From assembly GCF_021054785.1 (NCBI RefSeq), contig NZ_CP088239.1, forward strand, positions 750,001 to 782,000: DNA of 32,000 nucleotides, in the 5' to 3' direction. Every line of letters begins with the position of its first letter. Within the stretch, counting starts at the first letter, position 1. The notes beneath the pieces were generated by a model. The model did no database searches. It was not told where the DNA came from and saw only the letters and a list, made by a program, of their open reading frames with translations. The DNA is from Tannockella kyphosi (lineage in GTDB: Bacteria; Bacillota_I; Bacilli_A; Erysipelotrichales; Coprobacillaceae). Shown in pieces: positions 26,658-32,000 of the stretch. The position numbers and the translations under genes were made by a program.

Positions 26658-26677
26658 GAGTATTTACTCCTTTTTTT
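26656..26677 (+). terminator. Rho-independent terminator after recA
   Basis: AGGAGT-ATTT-ACTCCT stem followed by T6. Confidence 0.65.
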
Positions 26678-26733
26678 GTTGTAATAAGAAGGTATTTATG
26701 CAATAATATTCTAGCAAACCAAAGGAGGAAATT

Positions 26734-28332
26734 GTGATGATTACAACACAAAATGTATCACTACGTTATGGTGATCGTGCCTTATTCGAAAATGTTTCTG
26801 TAAAGTTTACAGAAGGGAACTGTTATGGTGTTATTGGTGCCAATGGTGCTGGTAAATCAACATTCTTAAAAATATTATCTGGAGAAATAGAACCTAATAA
26901 AGGGGATGTAGTAATTGAACCAGGAAAACGTTTATCTGTTTTAAAACAAGATCATTTTGCTTATGAAGAAAATGGAGTTATTGAAACAGTAGTAATGGGG
27001 AACAAAAGATTATTTGAAATAATGCAAGAAAAAGAAGTTTTATATGCTAAACCCGATTTTAATGATGAAGATGGAATTCGTTTAGGAGAACTTGAAGGTG
27101 AGTTCGCTGATATGGATGGATGGAATGCAGAAGTAGATGCTGAAATTTTATTAAATGGATTGGGTGTAACAACAGAATTTCATGAATTAAAGATGAAAGA
27201 TTTAGAAGGGGCTCAAAAAGTAAAAGTATTACTTGCGCAAGCTTTATTTGGTAACCCAGATATTCTTTTATTAGATGAACCGACAAACAATTTAGATTTA
27301 GATAGTATTCGTTGGTTAGAAAACTTTTTATTAAACTTTAGAAATACTGTGATTGTTATTTCCCATGACCGTTATTTCTTAAACAAAGTATGTACACATA
27401 TTGCAGATATTGACTATAGTAAAATACAGTTATATGTAGGGAACTACGATTTTTGGTATGAATATAGCCAATTACAAACACAGCAAGCAAAAGACTTAAA
27501 TAAACGTCAAGAAGCTAAGAAAAAAGAATTAGAAGACTTTATTGCTCGTTTTAGTGCGAATGCATCAAAAGCAAAACAAGCAACTTCACGTAAAAAATTA
27601 TTAGATAATTTAGAAATGGCAGATATAAAACCATCTCTTAGAAGATATCCTTTTATTGCTTTTAAAGCAGGTAGAGAAGTAGGGAATATTATTTTAAATG
27701 TAGAAGGTTTAACTAAAACTGTGAATGGTGTAAAATTAATAGATAATGTTTCATTCTCTATTAACGCTAATGAAAAAGTAGCAGTGGTCGGGGATGATAA
27801 TGCTGTTACTACGTTATTTAAAATAATTGAAGGTGAAATGGAACCAGATGCTGGTACATTCCAATGGGGTGTAACTACTTCACAATCTTATTTTCCAAAA
27901 GATAATTCAAGTTTCTTTAATGAATGTGAGTTATCATTAGTAGATTGGTTACGTCAATTCTCACCTGTAGATGCTTATGAACAAGATTTAAGAGGTTGGC
28001 TAGGTAGAATGTTGTTCTCTGGTGAAGAAGCGCTTAAAAAAGCGAATGTTTTATCAGGAGGAGAGAAAGTACGTTGTATGCTTGCTAAAATGATGATGCA
28101 AGATGCAAATGTTTTAGTATTTGATGATCCTACGAACCATTTAGACTTAGAAAGTATTCAAGCATTAAACCAAGGATTAATGCAGTTTAAAGAAAATATT
28201 TTATTTGCAAGCCATGACCATCAATTCATTCAAACGGTTGCAAATCGTATTATTGAAATTCAAGAAACTGGTGTTTTAGATCGTTTATCATCATATGATG
28301 AATATTTAGAATACAAAGATAATTTAAAATAA
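26734..28332 (+). CDS. ABC-F family ATPase (YbiT-like) with a degenerate second nucleotide-binding site
   Basis: Two ABC domains and no TM segment. NBD1 has Walker A GANGAGKST and Walker B LLLDEPTN. NBD2 has GDDNAVTT in place of Walker A and VFDDPTN in place of DEPTN, and retains LSGGEK. Confidence 0.85.
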   Translation: MMITTQNVSLRYGDRALFENVSVKFTEGNCYGVIGANGAGKSTFLKILSGEIEPNKGDVVIEPGKRLSVLKQDHFAYEENGVIETVVMGNKRLFEIMQEKEVLYAKPDFNDEDGIRLGELEGEFADMDGWNAEVDAEILLNGLGVTTEFHELKMKDLEGAQKVKVLLAQALFGNPDILLLDEPTNNLDLDSIRWLENFLLNFRNTVIVISHDRYFLNKVCTHIADIDYSKIQLYVGNYDFWYEYSQLQTQQAKDLNKRQEAKKKELEDFIARFSANASKAKQATSRKKLLDNLEMADIKPSLRRYPFIAFKAGREVGNIILNVEGLTKTVNGVKLIDNVSFSINANEKVAVVGDDNAVTTLFKIIEGEMEPDAGTFQWGVTTSQSYFPKDNSSFFNECELSLVDWLRQFSPVDAYEQDLRGWLGRMLFSGEEALKKANVLSGGEKVRCMLAKMMMQDANVLVFDDPTNHLDLESIQALNQGLMQFKENILFASHDHQFIQTVANRIIEIQETGVLDRLSSYDEYLEYKDNLK

Positions 28333-28334
28333 TG

Positions 28335-28361
28335 AAAAAAGCTATCTTCGGATAGCTTTTT
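28335..28361. terminator. Bidirectional terminator between the ABC-F gene and the convergent small ORF
   Basis: AAAAAGCTATC-TTCG-GATAGCTTTTT. Confidence 0.7.
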
Positions 28362-28623
28362 ACATATCATGTTTTACTCTTTGACTTTCTTCTGCTTTTT
28401 TAGCATCATTGAATCGGTCTACTGTTCCAACTAAGTATCCAGTGATACGACGAATTCTTTCGAATTTTTTGGGTTGCATAACATAATCTAAATCCACAAA
28501 TTCTCCATCTAATAAAATATTCAAAGATTTTAGTGATGAATTGGGGAATTTATCTTCTAAATATGCAACATATTGATCAATTTCATTTTGTTCTAAATAA
28601 CCATTTTTAACTTCTATTTCCAT
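28360..28623 (-). CDS. Small stand-alone protein with an NrdD-type C-terminal glycyl-radical motif
   Basis: The C-terminus, RIRRITGYLVGTVDRFNDAKKAEESQRVKH, resembles the C-terminus of class III ribonucleotide reductase NrdD (RRVCGYLG...FNAGKQEE...RVKH, as I recall it). RBS AAGGAG. Confidence 0.5.
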   Translation of the reverse strand: MEIEVKNGYLEQNEIDQYVAYLEDKFPNSSLKSLNILLDGEFVDLDYVMQPKKFERIRRITGYLVGTVDRFNDAKKAEESQRVKHDM

Positions 28624-28762
28624 AATGTCATCTCCTTGTTACTATTATAACAAATTTGTGATATAATGCATGAAATATGATTGATTACTTTTGTAATCGA
28701 AAATATTTGTAAACATCGATTATTTTTGATAAAATCATAAAAACAACTAGGAGGTAGATACC

Positions 28763-29614
28763 ATGAAATTACATTTTACAAAAATGCATGCAATTGGTAA
28801 TGATTATATATATTTTGATGGAATTAACCAAGAAGTACCAGTGGATAAAGAATTCATTAGTACGATTAGTGATCGTCATAAAGGAGTAGGAGGAGACGGT
28901 ATTATCGTTATTTTGCCTTCTGACAAATATGACTTCCGTATGCGAATGTTTAATATTGATGGTAGTGAAGCAATGATGTGTGGAAATGGAATTCGTTGTT
29001 TTGCTAAGTTTTGTTATGATCATCGTTTAACAGATAAAAAGATACTTTCTGTGGAAACAAAGGCAGGATTACGTATTGTTCACTTATTGTTTTCAAATGG
29101 AGAGGTAGTTGGTGCTAGAGTTGATATGCAAGAACCAATATTGACTGCAAAAGAAGTTCCTGTTATTTTTTCAAAAGAAAAAATGATTAATGAATTAATG
29201 ATTGTGGACAATAGAAAGTTCTATGTAACAGCTGTTTCAATGGGGAATCCCCATGCTGTTATCTTTGTTGATGACTTAAATTTTGATATTGAAAGAATAG
29301 GTCCACACTTTGAACATCACCCTTTATTTCCAGAATCTGTAAATACAGAGTTTGTTCAAGTGATTAATAAGCACTATGTAAAAATGCGTGTTTGGGAAAG
29401 AGGATCTGGTGAAACTCAAGCATGTGGTACTGGAGCTTGTGCTGTTATGGTAGCATCTTATTTGTTGGAAAAAACAGCAAATCAAGTGATGGTAGGATTA
29501 GAAGGTGGAAAACTGGATATTGAATATGTTGATGGACATGTTTGGATGGAAGGGGAAGCTGTCAATGTTTTTGAAGGAATTTATACATATGAAAAGGAGA
29601 AAGAGGAATGTTAG
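28763..29614 (+). CDS. dapF: Diaminopimelate epimerase
   Basis: [16 protein letters not shown] and both catalytic Cys motifs ([13 protein letters not shown] and [10 protein letters not shown]). Confidence 0.9.
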   Translation: MKLHFTKMHAIGNDYIYFDGINQEVPVDKEFISTISDRHKGVGGDGIIVILPSDKYDFRMRMFNIDGSEAMMCGNGIRCFAKFCYDHRLTDKKILSVETKAGLRIVHLLFSNGEVVGARVDMQEPILTAKEVPVIFSKEKMINELMIVDNRKFYVTAVSMGNPHAVIFVDDLNFDIERIGPHFEHHPLFPESVNTEFVQVINKHYVKMRVWERGSGETQACGTGACAVMVASYLLEKTANQVMVGLEGGKLDIEYVDGHVWMEGEAVNVFEGIYTYEKEKEEC

Positions 29615-30312
29615 TAGATGCAAATGAAATTATTAAATATATTGGAAATGCAACAAAAGTTACACCTGTAAAACTATATGTAAATGGAACTGATTTACCA
29701 AAAGTAGAAGGTTGTAAATGTTTTGGAGATACAAATAGTTTAGTTATTATGGGGGATATTTTAGTTATCGAACAATATTTAGTGGATAACGCAAGTAAGA
29801 TTACAGAATCTCATTTAGAATATGATCGTCGTAATAGTGCGATTCCACTATTAGATACAACGCATATTAATGCCCGCATTGAACCAGGAGTATTTATTCG
29901 TGATCAAGTAGTAATAGAAGATAATGCTGTTATTATGATGGGTGCTGTTATCAATATTGGTGCTGTTATTGGAGAAGGTACGATGATTGATATGGGAGCT
30001 ATTTTAGGTGGCCGTGCTACGGTTGGAAAACGTTGTCATATTGGTGCTGGAACAGTATTAGCAGGGGTTATTGAACCACCTAGTGCTTCACCAGTTATTG
30101 TTGAAGATGATGTTGTTATTGGTGCAAATGCTGTTGTTATTGAAGGTGTTCGTATTGGAAAAGGTGCAGTAGTTGGTGCTGGAAGTATTGTTACCAAAGA
30201 TGTACCAGCTGGTGCTGTTGTAGTTGGTAATCCAGCTCGTATTGTAAAAGATTTAAAAGATGCTCAAACAGAGAGTAAAACAGAATTAATGGATGATTTA
30301 AGAAAGTTATAA
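29608..30312 (+). CDS. dapH: Tetrahydrodipicolinate N-acetyltransferase
   Basis: Nearly collinear with B. subtilis DapH/YkuQ as I recall it (DANEII...[11 protein letters not shown]...ARIEPG...hexapeptide repeats...VIEPPSA). Confidence 0.9.
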   Translation: MLVDANEIIKYIGNATKVTPVKLYVNGTDLPKVEGCKCFGDTNSLVIMGDILVIEQYLVDNASKITESHLEYDRRNSAIPLLDTTHINARIEPGVFIRDQVVIEDNAVIMMGAVINIGAVIGEGTMIDMGAILGGRATVGKRCHIGAGTVLAGVIEPPSASPVIVEDDVVIGANAVVIEGVRIGKGAVVGAGSIVTKDVPAGAVVVGNPARIVKDLKDAQTESKTELMDDLRKL

Positions 30313-30322
30313 GAGGGTACAT

Positions 30323-31432
30323 ATGGAAGATGTAAAAACATGGAGACAATGTTTACATCAAATACCGGAATTAGGCTTAGAAGAATTTAAAACAACAGCC
30401 TATTTAAAAGAAGTTCTAACTTCATTAGGGTATCAACCTATTGATTTGCTAGAGACAGGTGTTTATGTGTTCATTGACAACCAAAAAGAAACAACACTAG
30501 CTTTTCGTAGTGATATTGATGCTTTAGCAATTCAAGAAGCAAATGATGTAGAATATGCATCGACTCATCAAGGGTATATGCATGCTTGTGGACATGATGG
30601 ACATATGGCAGCTTTGTTAGGGTTTGCTAAGAAGTTAAAAGAATCAAAAAATGATTTTGCTCATAATTTCTTATTGCTATTTCAGCCTGCTGAAGAGTCT
30701 CCAGGAGGAGCTAAATTAGTAGTAGAAACAGGTTTGTTATTAGAATATAATGTTCAAGCTATTTTTGGAATGCATTTAATGCCATTTATTGAAGAAGGAA
30801 CTATTGCTTGTAAAAGTGGTGCATTTATGGCTACGAATGGAGAATTGGATATTGAGATTATTGGTAAAAGTGCTCATGCTGGATTGTATCATCAAGGTAT
30901 TGATAGTATTGTGATTGCAACTCAACTAATAAGTCAATATCAAACTATTGTTAGTAGAATGCTTTCCCCATTTGAACCTAGTGTTATTCATATTGGAAAT
31001 ATTGAGGGCGGGAGTGCCCGTAATATTGTAGCTGATAAAACTGTTTTAAAAGGGACTATTCGTGCCTTTGATGAAAAAGCATATCAATTAATTGCCGATA
31101 AAGTTTTAGAAATAAATAAAGGAATGGAACAAGCATATGACTGTACAATTCATTGTACATGTCCTCCAATGTATCCTCCTGTTATTAATGATGAAAACTT
31201 ATATCTAAAATTTAAAGAAAATATGATAGGGAATTATATAGAACTAAAAGAACCATTTATGTTAGCAGAAGACTTTTCTTATTATCAAAAAGAAGTACCA
31301 GGAATATTCTTCTTTTTAGGAACAAAAACAGAACAATATACAAGTGGTTTACATACTGAAACATTTAATTTTAATGAAACTGTTTTAGAAAAAGCAATTG
31401 AAACATATTACCAGCTAGCTTGTAATATGTAG
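30323..31432 (+). CDS. dapL: M20-family amidohydrolase, probable N-acetyldiaminopimelate deacetylase
   Basis: M20 motifs (HACGHDGH, QPAEE) and a position directly after dapH, as for ykuR in Bacillus. Confidence 0.75.
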   Translation: MEDVKTWRQCLHQIPELGLEEFKTTAYLKEVLTSLGYQPIDLLETGVYVFIDNQKETTLAFRSDIDALAIQEANDVEYASTHQGYMHACGHDGHMAALLGFAKKLKESKNDFAHNFLLLFQPAEESPGGAKLVVETGLLLEYNVQAIFGMHLMPFIEEGTIACKSGAFMATNGELDIEIIGKSAHAGLYHQGIDSIVIATQLISQYQTIVSRMLSPFEPSVIHIGNIEGGSARNIVADKTVLKGTIRAFDEKAYQLIADKVLEINKGMEQAYDCTIHCTCPPMYPPVINDENLYLKFKENMIGNYIELKEPFMLAEDFSYYQKEVPGIFFFLGTKTEQYTSGLHTETFNFNETVLEKAIETYYQLACNM

Positions 31433-31445
31433 GGGGAGGATTTGA

Positions 31446-32000
31446 ATGAATTATTTGGAACAATCAAAAGAAGTGTTTTTACACGCTTATGGAAGATATG
31501 ATATTACTATGGATCATGGAAAAGGTGTTTATTTATATGATGTTAATGGAAAAAAATACTTAGACTTTTATTCTGGAATTGGAGTAAATTCTTTTGGTCA
31601 TGCTTATCCATTATATGTTGAAAAAATGCAAGAACAATTAACAAAAGTAATGCATGTATCAAATTATTTTAATACAGTTGTTTCTATTGATGCAGCCAAA
31701 GTAGTTTGTGAAACAATCGGAATGGATAAAATATTTTTTACTAATTCTGGTACAGAAGCTACGGAAGGTGCTTTAAAATTAGCACGTAAATATTATTATT
31801 TAAAACATCAAAAAACAGATAGTGAAATTATTTCTTTTCACCAATCATTTCATGGTCGTTCAACAGGGGCATTACGTTTAACAGGAAATGAAGGGTATCA
31901 AAAGGCTTTTGGTCCTTTAATTGATGGTGTTCACCATGCTATATTAAATGATATAGAAAGTGTAAAAACATTAATAAATGAACGTACTTGTGCCATTATC
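31446..32000 (+). CDS. Class III (ArgD/DapC-like) PLP aminotransferase, N-terminal 185 codons; continues past the window end
   Basis: YLDFYSGIGVNSFGHAYP...FFTNSGTEATEGALKLARKY...ISFHQSFHGRS is typical of acetylornithine-type aminotransferases. GGGGGAGGA RBS. Confidence 0.8.
   Translation, partial: MNYLEQSKEVFLHAYGRYDITMDHGKGVYLYDVNGKKYLDFYSGIGVNSFGHAYPLYVEKMQEQLTKVMHVSNYFNTVVSIDAAKVVCETIGMDKIFFTNSGTEATEGALKLARKYYYLKHQKTDSEIISFHQSFHGRSTGALRLTGNEGYQKAFGPLIDGVHHAILNDIESVKTLINERTCAII

Noticed and set aside
20188-29023. Other short track ORFs embedded in or overlapping supported genes, in another frame or on the opposite strand: 20188-20376, 23563-23778, 25898-26167, 27059-27286 and 28769-29023
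   Set aside because: Each lies inside or overlaps a confidently identified gene (ponA, the rodZ-like gene, recA, the ABC-F gene, dapF). None has a plausible RBS.
1-32000. CRISPR arrays, tRNA/rRNA genes, IS elements with terminal inverted repeats
   Set aside because: I saw no regularly spaced direct repeats, no tRNA-like cloverleaf regions in the intergenic spaces, and no transposase ORFs.

Overview
This is a low-GC Bacillota chromosome in two parts. Positions 1-15073 are the right-hand end of an integrated mobile element; its left end lies beyond the window start. The element ends in three tandem large serine recombinases and is inserted inside the sporulation gene spoIVA. Only the 3' ~395 codons of spoIVA remain, starting at 15074 beside an 8-bp-arm palindrome at the junction.

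The element's cargo is on the minus strand. It is a translationally coupled operon: XRE regulator, SNF2-family helicase, DUF4391-like protein, an unknown 270-aa protein, two paralogous 2-TM proteins, and a type III-like Mod methyltransferase that is truncated by the window edge. I consider this the best candidate for an undescribed composite defence system. The element also carries an orphan YtrA-like GntR regulator, a sigma-70 region-4-like protein, a 50% GC structured non-coding stretch, a MazF/PemK toxin with no visible upstream antitoxin, and a DUF6870-like small protein.

Positions 15074-32000 are ordinary core genome with Bacillus-like synteny: spoIVA-hup, YugP-like peptidase, TseB-like protein, dnaD-nth, ponA-recU, gpsB-rnpB, rodZ-like-pgsA-cinA-recA, an ABC-F ATPase, a small NrdD-like glycyl-radical protein, and a dapF-dapH-dapL-aminotransferase operon. 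All functional calls come from motif recognition by eye; no database search was run.
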